DNA of 64,000 bases from an uncultured Lachnospiraceae bacterium (GCA_947174015.1 CAMWHJ010000005.1:5014-69013), one strand, 5' to 3'; counted from the first letter of the stretch, positions 29,366 to 40,275 are shown. Made by a program: numbers and translations. Notes: generated by a model from the sequence alone, not told the origin.

Positions 29366-30497
29366 GAAGAGAAGGCATAGGAAAGTAAAACAGAGGAAAC
29401 TCTATTTTGAAATTGACCTGCAGTTCTTCGCAGAAGGCGGAGATAAAACCGAAGAGGCTACTCCGAAGAAATTAGAGGATGCCAGAAAAGAAGGTCAGGT
29501 AGCAAAAAGCCGTGAAATCAGCATGGGGCTTACCCTGCTGGGACTTTTTGCATTGATCAAGGTATATGTGGGAACTTTGGGTACCAAATTTTTGGAAACC
29601 TTCTATAAGCTATATGAGAAAATTCCTGAGTATGTGGGAAAAGAGGGAGAATACAGCAGTCATGCCTTTATGGCATTAATGCAGGATGGAATTTTGAATA
29701 TGCTGATCATGATGCTGCCCTTTTTTGCAGTAGGCTGTTTTGTCTGTTTTGTGGCAGATGTGGTGCAGGTAAAGTGGAAAGTAACCATGAAGCCCATGAA
29801 GCCCAAATTCAGCAAGATGAATCCTGTCAAAGGGATGAAAAAGATTGTTTCCCCTCAGGCTTTGTTTGAATTGGTAAAAGCCATTGCCAAGATAGTATTT
29901 ATATGTGTGTTGGCAATTAATACCATAAAGGACAAGCTGTTGGTGATTTATTCGCTGTATGACATCTCCTTAAATACAGCATTGTCACTGATTGGTGATA
30001 CGGTCGCAGATTTGGGAATTAAAATCAGTGCAGCTTACATGATTATTGCAGCAGTGGATTTTATGTACCAGAAGCTGAAATTCAAAAAGGACATGAGAAT
30101 GTCCAAACAGGAAGTGAAGGATGAGTACAAAAATGCAGAAGGTGATCCCAAGATTAAGTCACAGCAAAGACAGCGAATGCGTCAGGCATCTCAGCGTCGT
30201 ATGATGCAGGATGTACCTTCGGCAGATGTGGTTATTACAAATCCCACTCACTATGCTGTGGCGTTGTCCTATGATGAGAAGTCAGGGAGAGCACCTATTG
30301 TGGTGGCAAAGGGAGAGGATTTTCTGGCAAAGAAAATCAAAGAGATTGCCAAAGAAAGCAAAGTAGAAATTGTGGAAAATAAACCTTTAGCAAGAATGCT
30401 GTATGCCAATGTGGAGGTGGGAGAGGAAATCCCGCCGGAATTGTATCAGGCAGTGGCAGAGGTGCTTGCTTTTGTATTTGGTCTTAAGAATAGATAG
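29349..30497 (+). CDS. flhB: flagellar export apparatus protein FlhB
   Basis: DKTEEATPKKLEDARKEGQVAKSRE N-terminus and the NPTH autocleavage motif (VVITNPTHYAVAL). The TTG start overlaps the fliR end by 17 nt. Confidence 0.9.
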   Translation: MGTYIEKRRHRKVKQRKLYFEIDLQFFAEGGDKTEEATPKKLEDARKEGQVAKSREISMGLTLLGLFALIKVYVGTLGTKFLETFYKLYEKIPEYVGKEGEYSSHAFMALMQDGILNMLIMMLPFFAVGCFVCFVADVVQVKWKVTMKPMKPKFSKMNPVKGMKKIVSPQALFELVKAIAKIVFICVLAINTIKDKLLVIYSLYDISLNTALSLIGDTVADLGIKISAAYMIIAAVDFMYQKLKFKKDMRMSKQEVKDEYKNAEGDPKIKSQQRQRMRQASQRRMMQDVPSADVVITNPTHYAVALSYDEKSGRAPIVVAKGEDFLAKKIKEIAKESKVEIVENKPLARMLYANVEVGEEIPPELYQAVAEVLAFVFGLKNR

Positions 30498-30535
30498 AAC
30501 GGTTACAAATGTGTAGGAAAAGGAGGTAGAGAAAG

Positions 30536-32575
30536 GTGAATATAAAAAAGGCAGATATTGGAATTGGTTTATATTTGATGGCGGCTGTTATATTCTTTAT
30601 TGTTTCCATACCTTCGGGGGTTTTGGATGTGCTGCTGGCATTTAATATTTCCATTGCCTTGGTGGTAGTGTTTCAGTGCTTGTATGTGAGAGAAGTATTG
30701 GATATGTCTTTTTTCCCTACCTTGCTGCTGTTTACCACAATCTTTCGAATTTCGTTGAATGTATCTTCCACCAAGCTGATTTTGGCTACCGGTGATCCGG
30801 GTGTGGTAGTGGAGACCTTCGGAAAATTTGTAGGCGGTAACAATTTAGTGATTGGTGTGATTATATTCTTTATTTTAATATTGATTCAGTTCATGGTAAT
30901 TAATAAAGGTTCTGAGCGTGTGGCTGAAGTAACAGCACGTTTTACCCTGGATGCCATGCCCGGTAAACAGATGGCTATTGATGCGGATCTGAATACCGGT
31001 GCCATCAGTGATGAGGAAGCGAAGTTGCGAAGAGAGAAAATTCAGAAAGAAGCCAATTTCTTTGGTTCCATGGATGGTGCGGTGAAATACGTTAAGGGTG
31101 ATGCCATTGCCGGTTTGATTATCACTGCTGTCAATGTAGTAGGTGGTATCGTTATGGGAGTGATGTACCAGAATATGGAAGCCATGGATGCCATGAATAA
31201 ATATGTGATTTTAACCATTGGTGATGGTTTGGTATCACAGATTCCTTCTTTGTTGATTTCCCTTTCCACAGGTCTTTTGATTACCAAGGGTTCTGAGGAT
31301 AAGGATATTGGAGACACCATGCTGAAGCAGCTTTTTGGTTCTTCCAAGGTTATGCTTATGGTTGGTGTGGTTCTCTGCCTTCTGGGTATCACAACTCCTC
31401 TTCCCACCATTGTATTTTTGGGATTTGGTTTAGGTTTCATCATTATTGGTTACATAAATCAAAACAGACAGGCAGTGGCAGAAATCGAGCAGGAAGTGGA
31501 GGCAGCAGATTCCGATGCAGAGGAAGTGAGACGGCCGGAAAATGTGGTATCATTACTTCAGGTAGATCCAATCGAGCTGGAGTTCGGCTATGGCATTATC
31601 CCCTTGGCAGATGTGAATCAAGGCGGTGACCTGCTGGATCGAGTTGTCATGATTCGACGCCAGATTGCCTTGGAGTTAGGTATGGTTGTGCCCATTATCC
31701 GTCTTCGTGACAACATTCAGCTGAATCCAAATCAATACATTATTAAGATTAAAGGAATTCAGCTGAGTGAAGGGGAGATTTTGTTTGACCATTATATGGC
31801 AATGAATCCGGGTTATGTGGAGGAAGAAATTACAGGTATTCCTACCTTTGAACCGTCTTTCCATCTGCCGGCTATCTGGATTACAGAAAATCAGAGAGAG
31901 CGTGCAGAAAGCTTAGGCTACACGGTAGTGGATCCGCCATCCATCATTGCTACACATTTAACAGAAATTATCAGAAAGCATATTGATGAGCTGCTTACCA
32001 GACAAGATGTACAGCAGTTGGTGGACAATCTGCGGGAAAACAATCCATCGCTGGTGGAGGAACTGGTACCAAAGCTTATGGGTATCGGAGAAATACAGAA
32101 GGTGCTACAGAATCTGTTGCGAGAGGGCATTTCTATTCGAGATTTGCTGACCATCTGCGAGACTTTGGCAGATCATGCAACTACCACAAGAGATACGGAT
32201 GTATTGACTGAATATGCACGGCAGAGTTTAAAGAGAGCGATCTCTTCCAAATATTTCTCAGCCAATGAGACCACCAGTGTGGTAACCTTAGATCCTAAGG
32301 TAGAGCAGGAGATTATGAATTCGGTGAAACAGACAGAGCAGGGTGCATATCTTACTCTGGAACCAGAAAAAACAAAGAATATCATCAATTCCGTACAGGA
32401 AGAGGTTAATAAATTAGAGAATTTGGGCAAAAATCCAATTGTGATTACTTCTCCAATTGTGAGAATGTATTTTAAAAAGCTTACAGAGGACTATTTCAGT
32501 GACCTTGTGGTGGTATCATACAATGAAATTGAATCAAATGTAGAATTACAATCAGTTGGGATGGTGACCGGTTAA
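30536..32575 (+). CDS. flhA: flagellar export apparatus protein FlhA
   Basis: 679 aa with ERVAEVTARFTLDAMPGKQMAIDADL and FFGSMDGAVKYVKGDAIAG signatures. Confidence 0.95.
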   Translation: MNIKKADIGIGLYLMAAVIFFIVSIPSGVLDVLLAFNISIALVVVFQCLYVREVLDMSFFPTLLLFTTIFRISLNVSSTKLILATGDPGVVVETFGKFVGGNNLVIGVIIFFILILIQFMVINKGSERVAEVTARFTLDAMPGKQMAIDADLNTGAISDEEAKLRREKIQKEANFFGSMDGAVKYVKGDAIAGLIITAVNVVGGIVMGVMYQNMEAMDAMNKYVILTIGDGLVSQIPSLLISLSTGLLITKGSEDKDIGDTMLKQLFGSSKVMLMVGVVLCLLGITTPLPTIVFLGFGLGFIIIGYINQNRQAVAEIEQEVEAADSDAEEVRRPENVVSLLQVDPIELEFGYGIIPLADVNQGGDLLDRVVMIRRQIALELGMVVPIIRLRDNIQLNPNQYIIKIKGIQLSEGEILFDHYMAMNPGYVEEEITGIPTFEPSFHLPAIWITENQRERAESLGYTVVDPPSIIATHLTEIIRKHIDELLTRQDVQQLVDNLRENNPSLVEELVPKLMGIGEIQKVLQNLLREGISIRDLLTICETLADHATTTRDTDVLTEYARQSLKRAISSKYFSANETTSVVTLDPKVEQEIMNSVKQTEQGAYLTLEPEKTKNIINSVQEEVNKLENLGKNPIVITSPIVRMYFKKLTEDYFSDLVVVSYNEIESNVELQSVGMVTG

Positions 32576-33793
32576 ATGATTATCAAAAAATTTCAGGCAG
32601 CGTCTGAAAATGAGGCAATGCTCCAAGTGAAGGAAGAAATGGGAAGCGATGCCGTAATTATGAATATTAAAAAGACAAAACATAAAGGTGTAATGAAGAT
32701 TTTTAAGCCTACTATGGTGGAGGTGACGGCAGCTTTGGAGGAACAGCTTCCGGAGACTGCTAATACATCCACTGAGAGTGAGGGAATTTCCCTGACCATA
32801 GGCGAAAATACAGTTCCTGTATTTGAAATCACAAAGGAACTTCCCAAGGATGTCTTTGTGGATGAGCCCATAGCAGAGGAAAAACAGGATACTCCCAAGG
32901 AAACTGCCATCGAAGAAAAGCTGAATAATCTGCAGTCTTTGCTGGAAAAGCAGATGAAGCAGGAAGAGGAGGCAGAGGAGGAAGAGGGAGAAGCAGATGA
33001 GGTGATGCAGTTTCTGCAGCTTATATATAGCACTCTGTTAGACAATGAGGTAAACGAAAAGTATGCCAATCAAATCATTGATGAAATGTCCGGTGCCAGG
33101 AAGGAGAATACAAGCGTAGATATACTTCTAAGCAACATATATCAGAAGATGATATTGAAATTTGGTGAAATCGTGCCGGTGTCAGAGGCGAAAAACGGTA
33201 CGAAACTGGTGTTTTTCGTTGGTCCTACCGGTGTAGGAAAAACCACCACAGTGGCAAAGATTGCATCCAAACTGAAGCTGGAGGCAAAGAAGAATGTTGC
33301 ACTGATCACAACAGATACTTACCGTATTGCTGCCACAGAGCAGCTTAGAACTTATGCAGAAATACTGGATGTGCCTTTTCGTGTCATTTATACACCCCAG
33401 GAGTTAATAGAGACAGCAGAAGAATTGAAAGACACGGATCTGATCCTTGTGGATACAGCAGGACATTCTCCCACCAATCAGGAGCAGCATGCTGATTTAA
33501 AACATTTTGTGGACTCTGTGCCGGATCATGTGGCAAAGGATGTTTATTTGGTGCTCAGTGCCACCACAAAATATAGAGATTTATTAAAAATTCTGGATGC
33601 ATATGAGAAGTTTGATGATATCAAGGCGATCTTTACCAAGTTAGACGAAACTACTGCATTGGGAAATATCCTAAATGTAAAGATGTATGGAAATTTGAAG
33701 CTGTCCTATGTAACTTGCGGGCAGAATGTACCAGATGATATCAATGTATTTGATGCACAGGTTATTGTGAGAAAACTTCTGGGAGGACATTGA
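32576..33793 (+). CDS. flhF: flagellar biosynthesis GTPase FlhF (SRP-type)
   Basis: SRP-like G domain with GPTGVGKTTT, DTAG and TKLDET motifs. Confidence 0.9.
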   Translation: MIIKKFQAASENEAMLQVKEEMGSDAVIMNIKKTKHKGVMKIFKPTMVEVTAALEEQLPETANTSTESEGISLTIGENTVPVFEITKELPKDVFVDEPIAEEKQDTPKETAIEEKLNNLQSLLEKQMKQEEEAEEEEGEADEVMQFLQLIYSTLLDNEVNEKYANQIIDEMSGARKENTSVDILLSNIYQKMILKFGEIVPVSEAKNGTKLVFFVGPTGVGKTTTVAKIASKLKLEAKKNVALITTDTYRIAATEQLRTYAEILDVPFRVIYTPQELIETAEELKDTDLILVDTAGHSPTNQEQHADLKHFVDSVPDHVAKDVYLVLSATTKYRDLLKILDAYEKFDDIKAIFTKLDETTALGNILNVKMYGNLKLSYVTCGQNVPDDINVFDAQVIVRKLLGGH

Positions 33794-34671
33794 TGGACCA
33801 GGCAGAGCAGTTACGAAATATTATCAAGATGAAGCAGATTAAACCCAAAACCATGGCACGAGTGATTACTGTTACCAGTGGAAAGGGTGGAGTTGGAAAA
33901 TCCAATGTTTCCATCAATCTGGGAATCCAGTTGAAAAAGTTGGGACTTCGGGTGATTATATTAGATGCAGATTTCGGATTGGCAAATGTTGAAGTCTTAT
34001 TTGGTACCATTCCAAAATTTAATCTGAAAGATACCATTGAGGGCAGAATGTCCTTGAAAGAGATTATCACACAAGGACCTTTGGGAGTACAATTTATCTC
34101 AGGGGGAGCAGGTGTAGAAGGGTTGACCAATTTAAGCAAGGTTCAGTTGGGGAATCTGCTGCGGGGATTGGCAGAATTAGATACCATGGCAGATGTGATT
34201 TTGGTGGACACTGGGGCAGGAATTTCAGACAGTGTGTTGGAATTTGTGGCAGCAGGCAGTGAGGTGCTTTTGATTACCACACCAGAGCCGGCATCCATTA
34301 CAGATTCCTATTCTTTATTGAAAGCACTCCATCATTATCGGGGATTTAGGAAGGAAAATACACAGATAAAGATGGTGGCGAATAAGGTTTCAAATTCTTT
34401 GGAGGGCAGGAATCTGTATTCCAAGCTGAATTTGGTAACGGAGAAATTCATGGGACTTAGTTTGGAGTATTTAGGTTATGTGCCACTGGATGAACAGCTC
34501 ATACGTTCCGTTATGAAACAGTCACCGGTATCCATCACCTATCCCAATGCAAAGTCGGTGAAGGCATTTGAACAGCTGGCCATGGAATTGACGGGGACTC
34601 AAAGGAGCAGCCACAGAAGGAGCCTGGCAGAAATTTTTACACACTATATTAAAGGAAGCAGAGATAAGTGA
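33793..34671 (+). CDS. flhG: MinD/ParA-type flagellar number regulator FlhG (YlxH)
   Basis: Deviant Walker A SGKGGVGKS. Lies directly after flhF. The ATG overlaps the flhF stop. Confidence 0.85.
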   Translation: MDQAEQLRNIIKMKQIKPKTMARVITVTSGKGGVGKSNVSINLGIQLKKLGLRVIILDADFGLANVEVLFGTIPKFNLKDTIEGRMSLKEIITQGPLGVQFISGGAGVEGLTNLSKVQLGNLLRGLAELDTMADVILVDTGAGISDSVLEFVAAGSEVLLITTPEPASITDSYSLLKALHHYRGFRKENTQIKMVANKVSNSLEGRNLYSKLNLVTEKFMGLSLEYLGYVPLDEQLIRSVMKQSPVSITYPNAKSVKAFEQLAMELTGTQRSSHRRSLAEIFTHYIKGSRDK

Positions 34672-35405
34672 GAGTGATGACTATGGTAACAAATGTAATT
34701 CGAGTTGGGGATAAAATTGATTTAGTAAGCACTAATGTTTCGGAAGGGGAGGAAGATAGGAAGGTATACAAAAGCCAGGTGTATGATGTGGCAGGGGAGG
34801 AACAGTTAAAAATTACCATGCCACAGGAGAAGGGAAGGCTTTTACTGCTTCATCTGGACACAGTGTATCGGCTGCAGTTCTATGCAGAAACCGGACTTTA
34901 TGAATGTAAAGGTAAGGTGGTAGACAGGTATAAAACGGACAATGTGTATGTGGTAGTGGTGGACATTATATCAGCACTGAAAAAAATTCAACGGAGAGAA
35001 TTTTACCGTTTGAATTGTCTGCTGGAGACCGGAGTACATATATTGAAGGAAGAAGAACTGATAGCAGGGGATTTGCATCACATTTTGAAAATGCAGGAGC
35101 TGAGTCGTCCGGTTTATGAAGAAGGAATTATTGTGGATATCAGTGGCGGTGGTGCAAGAATAGTAGCGGACTGTGAAGTGGAGGAGGGCATTTATGTGAT
35201 ACTGAAGTTTCAGACAGAAATGCGCACAGGAAGTCAAGAATATGAGCTGCTTGCCAGAGTGGTTACCAGACGAAGTCTGGAAAACCGTAAGAAGAAATAT
35301 GAACTCAGGGTGGAATTTGAACAAATTAGTAACAAAGTGAGGGAATCCTTAATAAAATATATATTTGAAGAGGAGCGCAAAAACAGAAAAAACGAAAAGG
35401 GTTGA
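34668..35405 (+). CDS. PilZ-domain c-di-GMP receptor (YcgR/MotI-like flagellar brake candidate)
   Basis: RREFYR (RRxxxR) and DISGGG (DxSxxG) PilZ motifs, about 45 aa apart. Confidence 0.75.
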   Translation: MRVMTMVTNVIRVGDKIDLVSTNVSEGEEDRKVYKSQVYDVAGEEQLKITMPQEKGRLLLLHLDTVYRLQFYAETGLYECKGKVVDRYKTDNVYVVVVDIISALKKIQRREFYRLNCLLETGVHILKEEELIAGDLHHILKMQELSRPVYEEGIIVDISGGGARIVADCEVEEGIYVILKFQTEMRTGSQEYELLARVVTRRSLENRKKKYELRVEFEQISNKVRESLIKYIFEEERKNRKNEKG

Positions 35406-35410
35406 TTAGT

Positions 35411-36547
35411 ATGGGTATCAAGAAAAAAGTGCTTGTTGTTGATGATTCTGCACTTATGAGAAGAGTGATATGTGATATAATTACTTCGGATGGAAATTTG
35501 GCAGTGGAGGACATTGCAAAGGATGGGGTAGAAGCCTTTTCTCTGCTCACTGATAAGCAGTATGATGTGGTGGTATTAGATATCAATATGCCAAGAATGT
35601 CTGGCTTGGAACTGTTGGAAAAAATCCGGAAAATGAAGTTGAAGCTGAAAGCCAATATTATCATGAACAGCACATTGACGAAAGAGGGTGCCTCAGAGAC
35701 CATCCGTGCATTGGAATTAGGAGCCATGGACTTTGTTACAAAGCCGGAAAGCTTTATTGCTGCAAAAGGGAATGATTTTAAGGAGAGACTTCTTCAGAGA
35801 GTTTATATAGCGGCTGGAATCAGAATTTTCCCAAGCAGAAGCACAAAACAGAAAAGCCAGGAGGACCAGGAAAGAAAAGTCGTTTCTGCAGCCGCAATTA
35901 CCAGGCTTGAGAGAAAGGAACCGTCCCGCAGTGTGACACTTCGGACAGGAAACAGCGTTGCTGTCAATAAGAAAAATAAAATTATTGCGTTGGCATGTTC
36001 CACCGGAGGACCAAAATCTCTGCAGAGTGTAGTGCCGCTTTTGCCGGCGAATCTGCCTTTTCCCATGTTGATTGTACAGCATATGCCGGCAGGGTTTACC
36101 AAATCCCTTGCAGACCGTTTGAATGATGTGAGCAAGATACAGGTAAAGGAAGCGGAAGAGGGAGATATACCAAAACCGGGCTGCGTATACATTGCTCCCG
36201 GCGGCAAACATATGCAGATAAAAACCCAAGGCAGTCAGCCAAAGATAATTTTTACGGATGAGCCGCCCAGAGAAGGGGTAAAACCTTGTGCGAATTATAT
36301 GTATGAATCTTTAGCAGACAGTCCTTATGATGAGATTATTTGCGTTGTGCTGACGGGTATGGGGGCAGATGGAACAAAAGGGATACAAAATTTAGACAAG
36401 AAGAAGAAAACTTATGTAATCTCACAGGATGAAGCTTCCTGTGTGGTTTATGGAATGCCAAAATCAATCGCCGAAACCGGTCTGGTGGATCAGGTGGTGC
36501 CTTTGAGTAGGATTACAGAGACAATTTTAAAGAATTTGGGGGTATGA
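35411..36547 (+). CDS. cheB: chemotaxis protein-glutamate methylesterase CheB
   Basis: N-terminal receiver domain (VLVVDDS...VLDINMP), a long linker, and a C-terminal CheB esterase domain (ACSTGGP, GADG). Confidence 0.9.
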   Translation: MGIKKKVLVVDDSALMRRVICDIITSDGNLAVEDIAKDGVEAFSLLTDKQYDVVVLDINMPRMSGLELLEKIRKMKLKLKANIIMNSTLTKEGASETIRALELGAMDFVTKPESFIAAKGNDFKERLLQRVYIAAGIRIFPSRSTKQKSQEDQERKVVSAAAITRLERKEPSRSVTLRTGNSVAVNKKNKIIALACSTGGPKSLQSVVPLLPANLPFPMLIVQHMPAGFTKSLADRLNDVSKIQVKEAEEGDIPKPGCVYIAPGGKHMQIKTQGSQPKIIFTDEPPREGVKPCANYMYESLADSPYDEIICVVLTGMGADGTKGIQNLDKKKKTYVISQDEASCVVYGMPKSIAETGLVDQVVPLSRITETILKNLGV

Positions 36548-36551
36548 CGAC

Positions 36552-38669
36552 ATGGATACAAGTCAATATTTAGAGATTTTTATCGACGAGACAAAAGAGC
36601 ATTTACAGAGTTTGAATGAACAACTTTTAATTTTGGAAAAGGAACCGGATAATGCAGATACCATCAATGAAATTTTCCGGGCAGCCCATTCTTTAAAGGG
36701 TATGGCAGGTACTATGGGATATAAGCGTATGCAGCGTTTAACCCATGATACAGAAAATGTATTTTCTGAAATCAGAAATGGTAAAATGCGGGTGTCTGCA
36801 AATTTGATTGATACACTATTCCAGAGCTTAGATGCTCTGGAGGAATATCTGGAAAACATTCAACAAACAGCAGATGAAGGAACAGATGACCATGAACCGA
36901 TTATCAAACAGTTAAATGATATTTTGGCGAGTGGTACCGGTGAAGCACCTAAGGCAGAGCCTGCATCCAAAGAAGAGAAAAAAGAGGCAAAGGCAGCCGA
37001 ATCCGGTGGGGACGGAGCATTGGCATCAAAGTTTAAGAATATTAAGCTTCAGGAGTATGAAATCAATGCCATGCAGGAAGCCGAAAAAAAGAATATGGGT
37101 GTCTATGGTGTGACTGTATATGTACAGGAATCCTGTATTTTAAAAGCTGCAAGAGCATTTCTTGTATTCAAGGCATTGGAAGAAATCGGTGAGATTATTG
37201 TATCAGATCCCACAGTACAGGATATTGAAGATGAAAAGTTTGAACTGGATTTCAGTTTATATCTGATCTCTCAAGAGGATGCAGACAAGGTAAAAACAGT
37301 AGTTAAAGATGTATCGGAAATAGAAGATGCCGTAGTAGAAAAGATTGAAAGCTTTGGTTCTCAGAAGGCGGAAAGTGAAGAAAAAGAAGAAAAGCCTGAG
37401 GAAAAAGAAGAAAAACCCAAGACAGCAGCACCATCGGCACCAGCACCAGCCGCTGCTCAGGCGGTACCGGCAAAGCAGCCAACACCAGCCAAGCAGACAG
37501 CAAAACCAGTAGTAAACAGAACCGTTCGTGTGGATTTAGAGAAGCTGGATGCTTTGATGAATCAGGTCAGCGAGTTGATTATCGCAAAGAATGGTCTGGT
37601 ATCCATCAGTTCCAACGAAAGTTCCGATGTCTCGGTGCAAGGCTTACATGATCAGATTGAATACTTGGAGAGAATTACCACCAATCTCCATGAGTCTGTA
37701 ATGAAAGTTCGAATGGTGCCCATTGAAAGTGTGGTAAGCCGTTTCCCTAGAATGATTCGTGATCTTTCTAAGAAGCTTGACAAGAAGATGGAGCTTTATA
37801 TGACTGGTGAAGACACAGAGTTGGACAGAACCGTTGTAGATGAAATTGGCGATCCGTTAATGCACTTGCTTCGAAATTCTGCAGATCACGGTCTGGAATC
37901 CAACGAGGTGCGTAGGCAGAGAGGAAAGGAAGCAGTAGGTACCATCTTCTTAAATGCATATCAGGAAGGCAACAATGTAGTTATTGAGGTGGGAGATGAC
38001 GGTAACGGTATTGATGTGGAAAGTGTAAAGGCGAAAGGTATCGAGCGGGGAATTATCACACAGGAACAGGCAGAGACCATAAGCGATAAGGATGCAGTGG
38101 GCTTATTGTTTATGCCTAGTTTTTCCATGGCAAAGAAGATTTCTGATATCTCCGGAAGAGGTGTAGGTCTTGATGTGGTGAAATCTAAGATTGAAGCCTT
38201 GGGAGGTGATGTGGAAGTTAAGACAAAGTTAGGTGAAGGAACTACCTTTATCGTAAGACTTCCATTGACGCTGGCAATTATTCAGGCATTAATGGTAGAA
38301 TTGGGAGGTGAGAAATATGCCATTTCTCTGGGTTCCATTCAAACCATCGAAGATATTTCTGTAGCTGATATCAAGTATGTTCAGGCAAAGGAAGTGATTC
38401 ATATTCGTGGAACTGTAATTCCCATTATTCGCCTGGACAAAATTCTCGATATCGAACCAAGAGAAAAGCAGTCTGATAATCTGACGGTTGTTATTGTAAA
38501 GAAGGGTGATCAGTTAGCAGGTCTGGTAGTAGATAATTTGATTGGACAGCAGGAAATCGTTATCAAATCTTTGGGCAAATATATTGATAACTCAAAGATT
38601 ATCAGCGGTGCAACCATTCTTGGTGATGGTGAAGTGGCATTGATTCTTGATGCGAATGTATTATTTTAG
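36552..38669 (+). CDS. cheA: chemotaxis histidine kinase CheA
   Basis: Hpt motif FRAAHSLKGMAGTMG, HATPase motifs HLLRNSADHG and GRGVGLDVV, and a CheW-like C-terminal domain. Confidence 0.95.
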   Translation: MDTSQYLEIFIDETKEHLQSLNEQLLILEKEPDNADTINEIFRAAHSLKGMAGTMGYKRMQRLTHDTENVFSEIRNGKMRVSANLIDTLFQSLDALEEYLENIQQTADEGTDDHEPIIKQLNDILASGTGEAPKAEPASKEEKKEAKAAESGGDGALASKFKNIKLQEYEINAMQEAEKKNMGVYGVTVYVQESCILKAARAFLVFKALEEIGEIIVSDPTVQDIEDEKFELDFSLYLISQEDADKVKTVVKDVSEIEDAVVEKIESFGSQKAESEEKEEKPEEKEEKPKTAAPSAPAPAAAQAVPAKQPTPAKQTAKPVVNRTVRVDLEKLDALMNQVSELIIAKNGLVSISSNESSDVSVQGLHDQIEYLERITTNLHESVMKVRMVPIESVVSRFPRMIRDLSKKLDKKMELYMTGEDTELDRTVVDEIGDPLMHLLRNSADHGLESNEVRRQRGKEAVGTIFLNAYQEGNNVVIEVGDDGNGIDVESVKAKGIERGIITQEQAETISDKDAVGLLFMPSFSMAKKISDISGRGVGLDVVKSKIEALGGDVEVKTKLGEGTTFIVRLPLTLAIIQALMVELGGEKYAISLGSIQTIEDISVADIKYVQAKEVIHIRGTVIPIIRLDKILDIEPREKQSDNLTVVIVKKGDQLAGLVVDNLIGQQEIVIKSLGKYIDNSKIISGATILGDGEVALILDANVLF

Positions 38670-38683
38670 GGGGTGTCTGGAAT

Positions 38684-39142
38684 ATGGAAGAAAATAGAAC
38701 AGCATTAGACGGAGTGCAGTACATAGTGGTAAAAATCGGAAGTGAGCAGTATGGAATTGATATTCAGTTTGTAGATAATATCGTTCGTATGCAGCCCATT
38801 ACCAGAGTGCCGAAGATTCAGCCGTATTTTAAGGGGGTAATTAACCTGCGGGGAGAGATTGTGCCGGTTATGAGTTTAAGACTGAAAATGAATCAGGCAC
38901 CGGATGAATTTAACAATGCCACAAGAATAATTATCTTAAAATTAGAACCCCAGGCTGCCATTGGAATCATTGTGGATGAGGTCAAGGAAGTAGTTACCTT
39001 GGAAGAGCAGGAAATCGAAAAGGTACACTATGATGCAAAGGATGAAAATCCAGGTTTCATTCACGGAATTGGAAAGCATGAAGGAGAACTTATCTCTTTG
39101 TTGGATTTACATGTGGTAATTGGTGATAAAGAAAATGCATAA
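38684..39142 (+). CDS. cheW: chemotaxis coupling protein CheW
   Basis: 152-aa single CheW domain (GVINLRGEIVPV). Confidence 0.9.
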   Translation: MEENRTALDGVQYIVVKIGSEQYGIDIQFVDNIVRMQPITRVPKIQPYFKGVINLRGEIVPVMSLRLKMNQAPDEFNNATRIIILKLEPQAAIGIIVDEVKEVVTLEEQEIEKVHYDAKDENPGFIHGIGKHEGELISLLDLHVVIGDKENA

Positions 39143-39153
39143 GGTGGTGTCCC

Positions 39154-39768
39154 ATGGCAAAAGTGAATTTAGATGAAATAGATAATACGTATTATGATGT
39201 ACTGCGTGAGATAGGAAATATAGGTGCAGGAAATGCAACCACAGCGCTTGCCCAGCTTCTGAATATGAAGCTGGACATGCGTGTTCCCAAGGTAGCACTG
39301 GTGGAATTTAATAAGCTGGCAGAGTCTATCTGCGGTGAGGAAGATATTGTGGTTGGAATTTATCTTTTTCTTGAGGGTGATATTAACGGCAGCATGATGT
39401 TTATGATGGAGGAAACTTCTGCTCATGTGTTGGTAAATCATCTTATGGGGAGAGAGGCAGAGAATCAGGATCCCTTTAATGAAATGGATTATTCTGCACT
39501 GCAGGAGATAGGGAATATTATTACAGGTGCGTACCTGTCCTCTCTTTCCGGTTTGACAAATTTGTATATTAATGCTTCCATACCCTATCTTACGGTGGAT
39601 ATGGCAGCAGCAATTCTCAGTGTGCCGGCGATTGAGTTTGGTAAACTGGGCGATAAAGCATTGCTGATTCAAACGGAATTTGGGGATGATATTGCTATCA
39701 ATGGGTATTTTATTTTGATACCAGATATGCAGTCATATGATGTTATTTTAACATCCTTAGGTTTATAA
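39154..39768 (+). CDS. cheC: CheY-P phosphatase CheC
   Basis: Two CheC repeats, EIGNIGAGNATTALAQLL and EIGNIITGAYLSSLS. Confidence 0.8.
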   Translation: MAKVNLDEIDNTYYDVLREIGNIGAGNATTALAQLLNMKLDMRVPKVALVEFNKLAESICGEEDIVVGIYLFLEGDINGSMMFMMEETSAHVLVNHLMGREAENQDPFNEMDYSALQEIGNIITGAYLSSLSGLTNLYINASIPYLTVDMAAAILSVPAIEFGKLGDKALLIQTEFGDDIAINGYFILIPDMQSYDVILTSLGL

Positions 39769-39783
39769 AAGGAGTGGGATAAA

Positions 39784-40275
39784 ATGCCAGAGATGATAAA
39801 AGTAGGAATGGCAGATTTGAAAGTGTGCCCGCCTCCAAATGCGATTACAACCCTTGGTCTTGGCTCTTGTGTGGGGATAGCCTTATATGATCCCATAACC
39901 AAAATTGCAGGGTTGGCACATATTATGCTGCCAGACAGTACGCAGATTCGAAACAATACCAATAATGCCAAATTTGCAGATACGGGTATCAAAGAACTGG
40001 TGGATCAGATGGCAAGAATTGGTGCGAGTCGTTTCCGACTGGTGGCGAAGATTGCCGGAGGGGCACAGATGTTTGCCTTCCAGAGCAGTGGTAATTCTGA
40101 TACGTTAAGAGTAGGTGAGCGAAATGTGCAGGCAACAAAGAAAGCTTTAAACGACTTGGGAATCCGAATTCTTGCAGAAGATACGGGGCTAAATTATGGA
40201 CGAACGGTTGAATTTTATTCAGAAACCGGAGAGTTTATCATAAAATCAGTTGGTAAGCCGATTAAAAAAATATAA
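39784..40275 (+). CDS. cheD: chemoreceptor glutamine deamidase CheD
   Basis: LGSCVGIALYD with the catalytic Cys and AHIMLP. 163 aa. Confidence 0.9.
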   Translation: MPEMIKVGMADLKVCPPPNAITTLGLGSCVGIALYDPITKIAGLAHIMLPDSTQIRNNTNNAKFADTGIKELVDQMARIGASRFRLVAKIAGGAQMFAFQSSGNSDTLRVGERNVQATKKALNDLGIRILAEDTGLNYGRTVEFYSETGEFIIKSVGKPIKKI

